UHGV virus genome: UHGV-0143082
Strand: one strand, 5' to 3'
Source of the DNA: a virus
Length of the DNA: 32,928 bases
Below, one piece after another: positions 1-9,570 of the stretch. The notes beneath the pieces are model-generated. The model had not been told where the DNA came from and searched no databases. It saw only the letters and a program-made list of their open reading frames with translations. Both the position numbers and the translations under genes were made by a program. The first letter of the stretch is position 1. Each line of letters opens with the position of its first letter.

Positions 1-74
1 TGACGTCAATGTTTTTTGCCAATGTACTTACTTCTTTATGTGAGCAGTTCATATTTTTGACGCCAACGAAACAT

Positions 75-3023
75 TTAGTGCTTCCCTTCTATTAAGTCTA
101 ACCTAGCTTTTATTCTTTCTATTTCTCTGCGCTGCCATGCCGCCTCGATATAGAATAAGAGATCAGGTCTGACCCCCCATCTAGATCCTGCTGGCGTTAT
201 TTCAACGCGCTCAATGATGTCTTCCATTACCATCACTGGATTATCATCCTCATCAACAATGATGCTCCCGTCATTATCAGTCAGCGGTATTTCCCTTTGG
301 CCAGTAATGACGTCATCATATACTGCGGGATAATCGTCATAGCAAAGAAAGGCATAGCGGCATGTTGTGCTTTCTTCTTCCATGAGTCCGTGAGAAATAA
401 GAACATCACGAAGTTGCTGCGCGATTACACCATGATGTATCCTCGCCCCTTCTTCCCCCTTTATAGCGACAGCGTTCAGCCATTTATAAGCGATATACCT
501 GACGTCACCCCAGGCATCCAGCAATGCTTCGTCAGGAGAGACCGCCTCTGTCTTTAATGTTCCGTCACTGGTAACCACAGGATTGGAGCCAAGATAAACT
601 GTCGAGAACCTGTTTCCCGGACCACCAAGAGCATTTACATTATCAAGATAAGGTTTAACATCTCCGTTCTCAAAAAGATGTTCGAGTGCGTTATATACCG
701 CGCGACGTGGAGTACTGCTTCCGGAACCATGCAACGTTATCATTGCGCCATCTGCTGAAGACGTTGTTTCACCGCCGCTAACGATTAATCTCTGAGCGGT
801 AACATCATCAGACGGTACTTTCTTCGCAATAATGGCGTAATTACCCTCAAGTTTGACTTCCGCGCGAACTTGTCCTGATGTACCTGCATGGACAGTCAGT
901 GACTGGACGGCAACATCATCTGTGAAATCAACGGGTACAGGAACCGTCCTCACGCCTGACGTCGACATAAAAGTAGGAAGCGTTCTGTTAGGAGTGGCTC
1001 CGTAGACAAAATCCCTTGAAACAAATTCTTCCTGTTTAATTTTCACCCTGAAACAATACAAATCAGCCGGGTGACCATCGTGAACATAAGGATATTTTCT
1101 GTTGTTATCCCCTATGCTCCATGGGTTTAGAAAGTCTTCCCCACCGAAAATGTAGTACAGCCAGTTGTCTTTGATACAAACTGAACCAACACCAACCGCA
1201 GAGTTAACTATTCCGCCCTGATAAATCTGATCAGTAACATTAACCCACTCTACATTATCCAGACTCCACTCATTGACGTTAACTCTGGTCATAAATGTTC
1301 TTGGATAATTTCCTGCATAACGGTTATCAGGTTCTCCTCCTTCCCACTCACCAAATGCGCGCTCACTGCCAAAAATAATCAGCTCATCGCCAACTTTGGC
1401 AAAAGGAAGGTTTGAGTGATGAACATTATTTGGGAAGCGAAGAGAATTCCATGATGTACCTAAATCAGAGCTTCTGTGCAATGAACTACCGGGTTGAGTA
1501 CTTAATGTCCCCCTGGTCGTCAGATACAGAATGCCATCATAATATTTTACACATGGCTCAGATGCATTCGCCTCATATTCTGCAGGTATGCGTCTGCGAA
1601 CAAAGCTACCAGGAGAACCGAAAGCATCAGAGAAATAGAGTATCCCAAGCTCGCGTGGACCAATATCACCATTATGGTAGCCAACAGCAAAACTGTTATC
1701 GCTAATCGTCGCAAAACTGTGAATCTCAGTAACAGGAGTGCTTCCGTCAACAAAAGAAGAAATAGTTCCAAGACTGGTTTTTCTCCATGGTGACGAGTGA
1801 AATGATGTACCAAAACTCCAGTATCTACCCTCGTTATTCTGATCCACATCCTGAGTATTTTGCGTCGTAACTGTAAAAGTATTTTTATCAATAACAGTAG
1901 TCACCGTCATATTCCCGGTAACACCTGTAACACCAGAGTTTGAGAAGTTGACAAAATCACCAGCAAATAATCCGTGATCAGTAATGCGAATATAAGCGAC
2001 TTGCTGATTTGCTGCTTTCGTTATACCACCATAAACGCGAAGGCTGCGACTCATTGGACGATCCCACAACTCTGCAACCTGCAGTTTATTTCCGCGCACG
2101 GTCCGCGTCTCAATTACAGCAAAAAGGCGATTTCTGACAACCCCCATACTCATGCAGTGATAGTTAACTGTGGGATAGTTTTCATGTAAATCTGTAAGCC
2201 ATTCCGGCGTTGTCCAGGTCTTCCCGTCATCTCCTGAGCGAACCCATGCAACATGGAGGTTATTTACACCATGGCGGTCTCCAGCCATAAAAGGCGCATA
2301 GATGACATTGTCATATACAAACGTTTTATCCTGCGTCCAGGCGTTGTACCACGGTGTATCTGTAATTTTAAATAACTCTCCTTGGATAAAATCTTCAGAA
2401 GCATAAAAAAGAGGCTGACCCGGTATTCTCTCAAATAAAAAACGAGCATTTTTAAATCGACTGACATCTGGAAGAGTTGATACTTTAAAAGTAAGCCCTC
2501 GCCCATCTATCTTTTCACCACCTGTTGCAACAGAAAGTAATTCTGATAGAGCTGATGTATCATCATGAACACCATCACCAATAGCCCCCCAACCTCTTAC
2601 ATCATAACTGTCTCTCCATCTTGCTATCTGAAGTTTTGGGTATTTATTCGCTCCATCTGGGTCTTCTAATTGCTGTCGTAACTGATCAGGATCATACTTC
2701 AGCACATTCGGAAAATAGAACTGCTGCACACCGTACGCATCATAAACAGCCATAGAATGGCCCTGTACAGTAACGAATTTGGCAATCTGTCCGTTATATA
2801 CCGGATATCCAGCAGCGTTAATGATGATTGGTTGCGATACAGGAACGTGAGAGCCGTCTTCGTTCTCCACATAAACCTGAATCTGGTTTTCAGGATTTAC
2901 AGGGTCAGTGTCAATTTTACCGATATAAATTTTACCATTGGCTACGGCTTTAAAAGAACGAGCCATAGTGAAGAGTTGCGAAGGCATACTCACTACAACA
3001 TTGGCATTTATTGAATCTGTCAT
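75..3023 (-). CDS. Tailspike protein: P22 gp9-like head-binding N-terminal domain fused to endosialidase-like body with C-terminal intramolecular chaperone domain
   Basis: 982 aa; N-terminal ~115 aa closely resemble P22 tailspike ([45 protein letters not shown]); two Asp-box motifs SGDDGKTW and SSDLGTSW; C-terminal region resembles the self-cleaving chaperone of endosialidases. Confidence 0.8.
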   Translation of the reverse strand: MTDSINANVVVSMPSQLFTMARSFKAVANGKIYIGKIDTDPVNPENQIQVYVENEDGSHVPVSQPIIINAAGYPVYNGQIAKFVTVQGHSMAVYDAYGVQQFYFPNVLKYDPDQLRQQLEDPDGANKYPKLQIARWRDSYDVRGWGAIGDGVHDDTSALSELLSVATGGEKIDGRGLTFKVSTLPDVSRFKNARFLFERIPGQPLFYASEDFIQGELFKITDTPWYNAWTQDKTFVYDNVIYAPFMAGDRHGVNNLHVAWVRSGDDGKTWTTPEWLTDLHENYPTVNYHCMSMGVVRNRLFAVIETRTVRGNKLQVAELWDRPMSRSLRVYGGITKAANQQVAYIRITDHGLFAGDFVNFSNSGVTGVTGNMTVTTVIDKNTFTVTTQNTQDVDQNNEGRYWSFGTSFHSSPWRKTSLGTISSFVDGSTPVTEIHSFATISDNSFAVGYHNGDIGPRELGILYFSDAFGSPGSFVRRRIPAEYEANASEPCVKYYDGILYLTTRGTLSTQPGSSLHRSSDLGTSWNSLRFPNNVHHSNLPFAKVGDELIIFGSERAFGEWEGGEPDNRYAGNYPRTFMTRVNVNEWSLDNVEWVNVTDQIYQGGIVNSAVGVGSVCIKDNWLYYIFGGEDFLNPWSIGDNNRKYPYVHDGHPADLYCFRVKIKQEEFVSRDFVYGATPNRTLPTFMSTSGVRTVPVPVDFTDDVAVQSLTVHAGTSGQVRAEVKLEGNYAIIAKKVPSDDVTAQRLIVSGGETTSSADGAMITLHGSGSSTPRRAVYNALEHLFENGDVKPYLDNVNALGGPGNRFSTVYLGSNPVVTSDGTLKTEAVSPDEALLDAWGDVRYIAYKWLNAVAIKGEEGARIHHGVIAQQLRDVLISHGLMEEESTTCRYAFLCYDDYPAVYDDVITGQREIPLTDNDGSIIVDEDDNPVMVMEDIIERVEITPAGSRWGVRPDLLFYIEAAWQRREIERIKARLDLIEGKH

Positions 3024-3081
3024 TTAATTTGCTCCAGATGCAAGGAATCGCCGCAGCATGGCTACGGTGAATTTTGGGCAT

Positions 3082-3104
3082 AAAAAAACCCAGCCGAAGC
3101 TGGG
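3082..3104 (-). terminator. Rho-independent terminator downstream of ant
   Basis: GC stem cccagc/gctggg with cgaa loop followed by a T7 run on the minus strand. Confidence 0.5.
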
Positions 3105-3123
3105 TCGTTGCGTTGGTTATCTG

Positions 3124-4059
3124 TCAGTAGTTATGTACTGAAGGAGGTAATTCTTTATTCTTAAGTCTCATCCATGCGGAAAGATTCGTTGGTCCGTCTG
3201 GCTCATTAATATCAACATCTCGTGTGTGGTTTATTAAAACGTCTCTCGCCATTCCGATAACATACGAGAACTCATGACCGTAGTCGTAGCATCTGCCGGA
3301 ATAGTTCGATTGAATTTGTTTTAATGCCGGATACAGTTCGCGGAATAATGCCTGTGAACGGTTGGCATAATCCCATAGCCATACAAGGCTGTTTGCTTCT
3401 TTTGCAGAAAGCTCGTTGACTTTCCTCTCTTGTTTGCCGATGAACTCTCCTTCAAGCGGAACGCGAGCTGCAAGTGACAGTGCTTCGGTAAACTGCTCCT
3501 CACTAATTTCTTTGTACGAACATCCAAAATGGGATTTCAGTGACGACCACATGGTGATCATCGCCTTAGCCTGTTTTTCTTTTGGCAGAGACTGACCGCG
3601 ACTCATGACGAGTTGTTTAATGGCTTCCTGCTGTTCAGTGGTGATTTTACCCTGCAACGCCTTTTTAGCTTTGCGTGGGTTAACTACATGGCCTTTAGTC
3701 CAGTAGTCATGCAGCACGCTAAAGCATTCCTCCTGGTACTGAATCAGTTTATCACGGATGTCAGCACGAACTTTCTCAGGGTTGATGCTGAACAGCCATC
3801 CATTTAACTTCTTCAAAGGAAGGCAGAGTAGCTTACGAAGCTTCCCATCAGCGGCAACCATGTTCATATGAACACAGTTGAATTTGCTAATCTGCTTCAT
3901 GAGTTTTGTTTGCTGCGTTGACCAGCTCATTCCAAGGTTTTCAACGATTGGCTTCATCGCAACATATGCAACTCCGGCAGCCATGGCGGTGATAATTTGC
4001 TGACCGTTGAATGGTACGTAAGAGGTGTTCACTGCTTCTAAAATTGCTATACTATTCAT
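3124..4059 (-). CDS. ant: Antirepressor Ant
   Basis: N-terminus [21 protein letters not shown] resembles P22 Ant; sits between arc and tailspike as in P22 immI. ORF-track start at 4089 is a TTG; the ATG at 4059 with upstream GGAGA is preferred. Confidence 0.75.
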   Translation of the reverse strand: MNSIAILEAVNTSYVPFNGQQIITAMAAGVAYVAMKPIVENLGMSWSTQQTKLMKQISKFNCVHMNMVAADGKLRKLLCLPLKKLNGWLFSINPEKVRADIRDKLIQYQEECFSVLHDYWTKGHVVNPRKAKKALQGKITTEQQEAIKQLVMSRGQSLPKEKQAKAMITMWSSLKSHFGCSYKEISEEQFTEALSLAARVPLEGEFIGKQERKVNELSAKEANSLVWLWDYANRSQALFRELYPALKQIQSNYSGRCYDYGHEFSYVIGMARDVLINHTRDVDINEPDGPTNLSAWMRLKNKELPPSVHNY

Positions 4060-4130
4060 GTTGGTTTTTCTCCAAGGATTTACCGACAACCGAAGCCCTG
4101 ACTGTTACCGCAGTTGGGGCTTCAACTTTT
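4060..4130 (+). ncRNA. Candidate sar-like antisense RNA covering the ant ribosome-binding site
   Basis: Extended -10 TGcTATACT at 4045-4053 on +; predicted start about 4060; hairpin 4092-4123 (gaagccc/gggcttc) followed by U-rich tract; arrangement mirrors P22 sar. Confidence 0.3.
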
Positions 4131-4346
4131 CACTTCTTTAAAGTGCCTACCTTCTACAGTTGCTCTGAGATAAAAATTCTTATCTTTACCGTTTAGTGCT
4201 TCCCAAGCATCAACAATGCACTTATTACAGATGTGGACTTCTCGATAACCAATAGCTTTCCTGTCAATATTAGTGAACATAACAGCTTCTTTATCTGTCA
4301 ATGTGGATGCATGACAGAAGTCGCAATCTATATAAGATACCTTCAT
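4122..4346 (-). CDS. Small zinc-ribbon-like protein of unknown function (two CxxC pairs)
   Basis: 74 aa; CDFC and CNKC motifs; ATG overlaps the arc stop (ATGA), suggesting translational coupling; not present between arc and ant in P22 as I recall. Confidence 0.5.
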   Translation of the reverse strand: MKVSYIDCDFCHASTLTDKEAVMFTNIDRKAIGYREVHICNKCIVDAWEALNGKDKNFYLRATVEGRHFKEVKS

Positions 4347-4501
4347 ACCGTTATCCCCTCTCTCTTCAGGCTGTCCAACACTCGCTTGTAAATCTCAGAG
4401 TTAACAGATCGCCCGTTCTCTTCAGCTACCTTGCGCACCAAATCCAATACTTCTTTAGGCCACCGCAAATTGAACTGAGGCATTTTTCTTGCACCTTGCA
4501 T
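4343..4501 (-). CDS. arc: Arc repressor (ribbon-helix-helix)
   Basis: Hand translation gives MQGARKMPQFNLRWPKEVLDLVRKVAEENGRSVNSEIYKRVLDSLKREGITV, near-identical in core to P22 Arc; below the 60-aa cutoff so absent from the ORF track; an upstream in-frame ATG at 4522 is an alternative start. Confidence 0.8.
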   Translation of the reverse strand: MQGARKMPQFNLRWPKEVLDLVRKVAEENGRSVNSEIYKRVLDSLKREGITV

Positions 4502-4522
4502 ATTCAACTCCATTTCACTCAT

Positions 4523-4594
4523 TGATAGTACCGTACTACTATTGAAAGCGTACTACTACCGTTCTAGCATGTCAACAAATAAAAGGAGAACGAC
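4523..4594. promoter_or_regulatory. Divergent Pant/Pmnt promoter-operator region
   Basis: Pmnt candidate TTGAAA(4542-4547)-17-TAGCAT(4565-4570) on +; perfect TTGACA on minus at 4570-4575; palindrome TAGTAccgTACTA at 4526-4538 and direct repeats of CGTACTACTA at 4532-4541 and 4550-4559. Confidence 0.6.
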
Positions 4595-4837
4595 GTGGCT
4601 AGAAATGATCCACAATTCAACGTAAGAATGCCTGATGAGATAAAACAGCAACTTACGCATATTGCTGCAACAAATCGCCGCTCGATAAACGCAGAGATTA
4701 TTTCAGCTATCGAACTATGGATAAAAATTCATAAAGGGCAGCTAATACCTTCAAGTAGTCGAATCCTGACAAAGTCTGAGCAAGAGGCGTTTGATGTAGC
4801 TATTGATGTGTTAAAACGTGTAAGAGATGGAGGATAA
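4595..4837 (+). CDS. mnt: Mnt repressor (Arc/MetJ ribbon-helix-helix family)
   Basis: 80 aa; MARNDPQFNVRMP resembles P22 Mnt N-terminus (MARDDPHFNFRMP); GTG start preceded by AAGGAGA; divergent from arc as in P22. Confidence 0.75.
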   Translation: MARNDPQFNVRMPDEIKQQLTHIAATNRRSINAEIISAIELWIKIHKGQLIPSSSRILTKSEQEAFDVAIDVLKRVRDGG

Positions 4838-4839
4838 CC

Positions 4840-5073
4840 ATGGAGCAACAACAAGGGTCGCCATTATCATTGATTATTATGGTGATTTTTTTCGTTTTTA
4901 TCTTTTTTATACCTGCGTTAAAAATATCCAAAAAGGCCGGTTTTGACTGGAAGATGGCTGTATGTTTAACAATCCCTGGCTTTAACGTGGTGGCGTGGCT
5001 CGCGCTTGCGTTCATGGATTGGCCAATTCACAAGTATCTACCAAAAGATGTGAATCGTAAGGATGCAAAATGA
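4840..5073 (+). CDS. Small hydrophobic membrane protein, unknown function
   Basis: 77 aa with two predicted TM segments; start 2 nt after the mnt stop; stop overlaps next ATG. Confidence 0.5.
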   Translation: MEQQQGSPLSLIIMVIFFVFIFFIPALKISKKAGFDWKMAVCLTIPGFNVVAWLALAFMDWPIHKYLPKDVNRKDAK

Positions 5074-5279
5074 ATAAAAAACAGCTTATTAAGTCAAAAA
5101 CGTCAAGCAAGGAAGAATTAGAGAAGGAGCTAAACTCCCTGAAATATGCTCTGTGTCTGGTTTACTCAAGACTGCCAATGGAAGATAAAAACGCCATTTA
5201 CAATGAAATGATTAGCAGCCTTGATTTTAACGATAGAGACCTAGCATCCCACCTCAACAGCTTCCGCGTCCCTGAGTAA
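5070..5279 (+). CDS. Hypothetical protein
   Basis: 69 aa; ATGA overlap with upstream ORF; AAGGA upstream; followed by the bidirectional terminator. Confidence 0.4.
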   Translation: MNKKQLIKSKTSSKEELEKELNSLKYALCLVYSRLPMEDKNAIYNEMISSLDFNDRDLASHLNSFRVPE

Positions 5280-5439
5280 TTCTGTTGCGGATTTGCTTCT
5301 TGCGGTGGTTTAAGCTGGAGAGCTTGGCTTCTGCTTCTGATATTTGCGCATCTAGATCTTTAAGCTCAAGATCTGAAAGTCGCTGGTCAAGCAGGGTTTG
5401 ATTCAACTCAATGTTGTTCAGGCGTTCTTCTATGGTCAT
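5254..5439 (-). CDS. Hypothetical coiled-coil protein
   Basis: 61 aa; strong SD AAGGAGA 5 nt before ATG; heptad-like leucine spacing; 3' end overlaps convergent ORF 5070-5279. Confidence 0.35.
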   Translation of the reverse strand: MTIEERLNNIELNQTLLDQRLSDLELKDLDAQISEAEAKLSSLNHRKKQIRNRITQGRGSC

Positions 5440-5451
5440 GATTTCTCCTTA

Positions 5452-5483
5452 TAAAAAACCCACCTGACGGTGGGTTAATTTTT
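5452..5483. terminator. Bidirectional rho-independent terminator
   Basis: aacccacc-tgac-ggtgggtt stem-loop flanked by an A-run upstream and a T-run downstream on +. Confidence 0.55.
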
Positions 5484-5566
5484 GCATTTACCTGGGCCAT
5501 ATTGACTACTTATAAAATGAGATCAATATTTAATCGCCCAATAACGGGTGTATGTTGAGGTATATC

Positions 5567-5746
5567 ATGGCGAAAAAACCAGGTGAAAACACAGGAAAAA
5601 ACGGCGGAATATACCAAGAAGTTGGCCCACGCGGCGGTAAGAAAGACAATTTTGCCACCGTCAAGGACAACGAAAGGCTTCCGCCAACAACAAAGCCAGG
5701 TCATGGCTGGGTATTGGATAAGCGAACTCCAGACAGCAAAAAGTAA
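5567..5746 (+). CDS. YjzC-like small protein (recalled family resemblance, uncertain)
   Basis: KKPGENTGKNGGIYQEVGPRGG...PGHGWV pattern; GAGG 6 nt upstream of ATG 5567; ORF-track start 5552 is an in-frame alternative. Confidence 0.45.
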   Translation: MAKKPGENTGKNGGIYQEVGPRGGKKDNFATVKDNERLPPTTKPGHGWVLDKRTPDSKK

Positions 5747-5751
5747 TAATC

Positions 5752-5775
5752 AAGCCGGTTCACTCCGGCTTTTTG
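5752..5775 (+). terminator. Rho-independent terminator after the YjzC-like gene
   Basis: aagccgg-ttcact-ccggctt stem followed by TTTT; overlaps the stop codon of the convergent gene. Confidence 0.5.
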
Positions 5776-6125
5776 ATATGTCGCTCGCAGAACTCAACAA
5801 GCCTGCTCATTAAGTAGCAGTAAGTCTCGTTGGCTCTTCCTGGTTCAACATCAACACCTACCCTTGAGCAGATATCGAATGCCATGTGAGCGCACTCATG
5901 GGCAATAGTAGATAGTTTGCCATTGAACACGCCTATCACATGCAAAACACCATTCTCGCTACTCATTGTATGAGACGCTCCGTTGGCGTCCGAGTCATGC
6001 ACGTCAACGCCAAGTTTTTGATGCAGGCGTTGCCATTCTGGAAAGTCTCTACAAAACACAATTGTACCGCTCTCAAAGAGCGGAACGAGCATCTTTGGTA
6101 CGTTTCCAATGTTAACTTTTTTCAT
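5760..6125 (-). CDS. Putative zinc metallopeptidase-like protein (HExxH motif), unknown function
   Basis: Motif IAHECAHMAF; ORF-track start 6137 is GTG, the ATG at 6125 (MKKVNIG) with AGGA upstream is preferred; located where P22 carries sieA. Confidence 0.5.
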   Translation of the reverse strand: MKKVNIGNVPKMLVPLFESGTIVFCRDFPEWQRLHQKLGVDVHDSDANGASHTMSSENGVLHVIGVFNGKLSTIAHECAHMAFDICSRVGVDVEPGRANETYCYLMSRLVEFCERHIKKPE

Positions 6126-6155
6126 GGTATCCTGCACAAAACTAAGGAGGTTGGT

Positions 6156-6344
6156 GTGAAGAAAAAATTTGTAAACGTTGCAAAGTGCGCAATTTTTATA
6201 TTTTTTATGACCTTTTACGGATTTAGTGCCGGAGAAGGTTTCGATCGTGATGCCAATGCATTCAGTTTCTTTTGTCTGTCTATAGTGGTCATAATTGTAT
6301 GGGTGGAATTAAAGCAAACATTGTTTCATGTGCTAGGTAAATAA
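6156..6344 (+). CDS. Small membrane protein (62 aa), unknown function
   Basis: Strong SD TAAGGAGG 5 nt before a GTG start; two hydrophobic segments; corresponds to the 3' third of ORF-track 5940-6344. Confidence 0.4.
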   Translation: MKKKFVNVAKCAIFIFFMTFYGFSAGEGFDRDANAFSFFCLSIVVIIVWVELKQTLFHVLGK

Positions 6345-6361
6345 CCATCCATGGCATTTAG

Positions 6362-8176
6362 TCACTGCTGTGTTGCCTCAGTGGCAAGCAGCGGTCTGAT
6401 GGCATTTGCAGCTTTGCTTAACGCTCTTTCATAAGCTGGCGTTCCAGCTTTAGTGTTTGCCAGACGTAAGAGAGCATTCCTTGCTGCTTTGGACTCATAC
6501 AAGCGCATGATTGCACCGAAACCAGCCTCAAGTCCCAGTGATACACCAAGGGTTGCAGTTGCGCCAATCGTTCTAATCCTGTTAGCTTGCGATTGTCCTG
6601 TCTGTGTTACTACATTTGCGGCGTCCGACCTTGCTGTTTGCTGTAGAACTTCATGAAGAGCATCAAGCTCTTTCATGTGTCTCCCACTGAATATCGTGTT
6701 ATAGATCTGACCGTCAGATTGCGACTTCAACTTATTTAACTCGGTAAGAAATTTTGTTGGCGAGTCTCCTGCTTTTTCTGCAATCTTGCTGATATAAGCA
6801 GCACGCATAGCGTTCTTTCCATCTTCACTAAGAGCTGGCCATATCCTCTTAATATCTGATGGTTTTCTGCTGAATACAACGCTGTTTATTAGCTCTGGAG
6901 TAAACTCTTTTTTAGCTTTGTTGAGATTATTCGCAATCCTTTTATTAAGAACCTTATTGAAGACGTTGGAGTAGTCAGAGTTTGCTTTGACGTATCTGGC
7001 GGCCTCTCCAGCCCCCAAATACCGCGCTGCGTTATTCCTCAAATCCGCCCCCATTGCCCTCTCCACGGCATCAGTTGCGGCTTTCGCGCTATTAGGAAAA
7101 ACCATGGCATCTCCCTGAATACTTTCCCTCAAGGCTGACCGCAACTCTCTCAATAGACCAAAATCTATATCTGGTTTAGCAAGTTCTTCTCGCAAATCGG
7201 ATAACCCGCGAATCAAATCCTTATTTGCCACTTTCCCAAGCCTATTAGCTCTGGTAAGTACGTTGTCGATAACCTTAATAGATTTTGATGTGTCAACTGG
7301 TGTGTCTCCCATTTTGGCTGTAATGTCTTCAATAACGCTTCCGGCCGAATCCTTCCTTGACTTCAGAGAGCCATACAGATCGTCAACAACAACTGATGGG
7401 CTATATTCACCATATTTCTCAAGCTGTTTTTTAACTAGCTGACTTCTTTTTGCATACTGCTCAGCTCGCTTTGAGCCTGTTCCCAGCAAAGCCCCCTCAG
7501 CATCCTGAGTAAGACCACGAGTGAAAGCATTTTTCGGCGGGATTACATCAGATGTCATTGGTGTTACGCCCATCGATTCTGATGTGGCAATTTTCTTCGC
7601 CACTTCTGGCGCAATATCACCTTTTATAGCCGTTATTCCACGCCCTATTCCCTTTGCTGCGGCGGAAAGAACACCCTGAGCGGCAAGGTTAACTCCGGCA
7701 TTTTTAGCTGCATTTTGTGCGAAATCGCCTTTCTGATTTGCGGCCTCTGCCAGTGATCCAATAGCCATGCTTCCTGCCGTTCCAACTCCTGGAACTAAAT
7801 ACCCACCAATTGTTTCACCGGCTTGTGCGTAGGGGTCTGTCGGTCTGTCTACTGGACGATAAACATCATCCAAAACCTTGGGTCCACCAAGCCCCTGGCT
7901 GATTGCATTAATCAGACTTGCGCCGCCCTGTAATACGTCAAATGGTATGTTTACCAGACCACGACCAGCCTGTTCTGCAATTTGCCCTGCACTTTGACCA
8001 CCAGTGAGCCAGTCAGTAGCTTTTCCTACCAGAGATTGTTCTTCTGGCTGCGATTGGTTTTGAGTGGATTGATCATCAGAAGACAGCATCTGAGCAATGC
8101 GACGTGCTCCCTCAGTATCGCCGGCAGCATCAGCATTCCTTAACGCCGTCATCAACTGTTCACGACTATAGGCCAT
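6362..8176 (-). CDS. DNA ejection/transfer protein, P22 gp16 homolog
   Basis: 604 aa; position and size match P22 gene 16; start overlaps gp20 stop. Confidence 0.8.
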   Translation of the reverse strand: MAYSREQLMTALRNADAAGDTEGARRIAQMLSSDDQSTQNQSQPEEQSLVGKATDWLTGGQSAGQIAEQAGRGLVNIPFDVLQGGASLINAISQGLGGPKVLDDVYRPVDRPTDPYAQAGETIGGYLVPGVGTAGSMAIGSLAEAANQKGDFAQNAAKNAGVNLAAQGVLSAAAKGIGRGITAIKGDIAPEVAKKIATSESMGVTPMTSDVIPPKNAFTRGLTQDAEGALLGTGSKRAEQYAKRSQLVKKQLEKYGEYSPSVVVDDLYGSLKSRKDSAGSVIEDITAKMGDTPVDTSKSIKVIDNVLTRANRLGKVANKDLIRGLSDLREELAKPDIDFGLLRELRSALRESIQGDAMVFPNSAKAATDAVERAMGADLRNNAARYLGAGEAARYVKANSDYSNVFNKVLNKRIANNLNKAKKEFTPELINSVVFSRKPSDIKRIWPALSEDGKNAMRAAYISKIAEKAGDSPTKFLTELNKLKSQSDGQIYNTIFSGRHMKELDALHEVLQQTARSDAANVVTQTGQSQANRIRTIGATATLGVSLGLEAGFGAIMRLYESKAARNALLRLANTKAGTPAYERALSKAANAIRPLLATEATQQ

Positions 8177-9561
8177 TACTGCCCTCCGAGATATTTGCTA
8201 ATTAATTCGTCATCGGACAATTGCTGTTGAGGTTGGCTATCTCCATAACTTGAGGAAAGAAAACGTTTTGCCGCAGAGTTCAATGATTCACCCTTCTTAA
8301 CATCCATCCCCATGATGTTTCGGTTGCGATCAGATTGTCCAGGGCTGCCGTTTGCACTCATCCACTCTGACCTAAACTCGTTGAACTTCGCGTTATTACT
8401 TTCCATTTTTGCCATACCCCTTAACCATCGAGCCATGACCATTGGATTATCCGTTTCGCTTGGAATGCCTTTCCTTGCAAACTCAATATCCTTATCAGAT
8501 GCAGGGCCGGGAGGGAGAAGCTTGGTTGCCTGCGCATTGGCTAGTTGGTTGAATCTAATCCGCATATCTCGGAGGTAGTTATCTTGCCCCGTAAGCTTAG
8601 AGAACATATTTTCAGCGTTACCGAACAAACCAGGAGTTGGCTTCTCCCTCTCCAGCGTGTCAGCGAGCGTTGTCATTGAATCGGCAGCATTACGACTAGC
8701 TGCCGCATCACCTGCTGATTTTTCTATAGCCTTTTCCATGTTCACTGATAATTTTGGCGCAGCATTAATAAGTTCCTCGGCCTTTTTTTGTGCCTGTTGT
8801 ACTTCAAAACCGAATTTCTGCTTATCAAGTGCCAGTCTTTCTGCTGCAAGTCCGTGTCCGGTCATTGCAGACTGATAGGAAAGGTTTTGCCCCCTAATAG
8901 CCCTCGCATTCGTCATGTCATTATTGCGAATGGTTTCGTTAATTCTTTGCTGCTCCTGCTGGCGACCAACCATCTTATCCTGAACAGCAAACGCCTTTTC
9001 TGGTCCAAGCGCACCGAGAGACATAGTAGTCAGCATGTGTGATAGCTGCTCTGGATTCTGGATACCTGTCTGAATCATCCAGTCAGCATTCGCCCCCACG
9101 CGATTTAACCTGTCCTTGTTGTCAGTAATGAATTTACTGTAGGCTTCCGGTCCCTGAGAAAGAGCGACGTTAGCCCTCATGGCTAAATCGCCCATATCGT
9201 TGCGTTGCTGATCATTAAGACCTGAAAACGCCTGTTGTGCCTGTGCAACAAACGCTGGATTTTCCTGGGCAAACTTAAATAGTCCCGATGGATCACCAGA
9301 AGCCCATGCATCAGCGTGAACCTTATTGAACGCACTAATCGCTTTCTGTTGCTGTTCCTGATTGTAAATATCAGCAACTCCAGCCAGACCACGTAACGCG
9401 GTCAGACCAACGTTATTTGCACCTGAGCGAGCCAGTTCATTGTTTTCGCGGATCAGACCAAGCGTTGCGTTAATGTCGCTTGCCTTTGGCGCATTCTCAT
9501 TTTGCGTACCGATGCCAGCCAGAAAACCACCAGAATTAATACCCTGTTGCCACGTAGCCAT
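8176..9561 (-). CDS. DNA ejection protein, P22 gp20 homolog
   Basis: 461 aa; synteny gp7-gp20-gp16. Confidence 0.8.
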   Translation of the reverse strand: MATWQQGINSGGFLAGIGTQNENAPKASDINATLGLIRENNELARSGANNVGLTALRGLAGVADIYNQEQQQKAISAFNKVHADAWASGDPSGLFKFAQENPAFVAQAQQAFSGLNDQQRNDMGDLAMRANVALSQGPEAYSKFITDNKDRLNRVGANADWMIQTGIQNPEQLSHMLTTMSLGALGPEKAFAVQDKMVGRQQEQQRINETIRNNDMTNARAIRGQNLSYQSAMTGHGLAAERLALDKQKFGFEVQQAQKKAEELINAAPKLSVNMEKAIEKSAGDAAASRNAADSMTTLADTLEREKPTPGLFGNAENMFSKLTGQDNYLRDMRIRFNQLANAQATKLLPPGPASDKDIEFARKGIPSETDNPMVMARWLRGMAKMESNNAKFNEFRSEWMSANGSPGQSDRNRNIMGMDVKKGESLNSAAKRFLSSSYGDSQPQQQLSDDELISKYLGGQ

Positions 9562-9570
9562 GATTACCCC

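Noticed and set aside
4089-4089. ORF-track start codons for ant (4089) and the HExxH gene (6137)
   Set aside because: These begin with TTG and GTG respectively and lack good SD spacing; downstream ATGs at 4059 and 6125 are preferred
5940-6155. 5' two-thirds of ORF-track 5940-6344 (134 aa)
   Set aside because: Overlaps the HExxH gene antisense; only the 3' part from GTG 6156 has a strong SD and membrane-protein character
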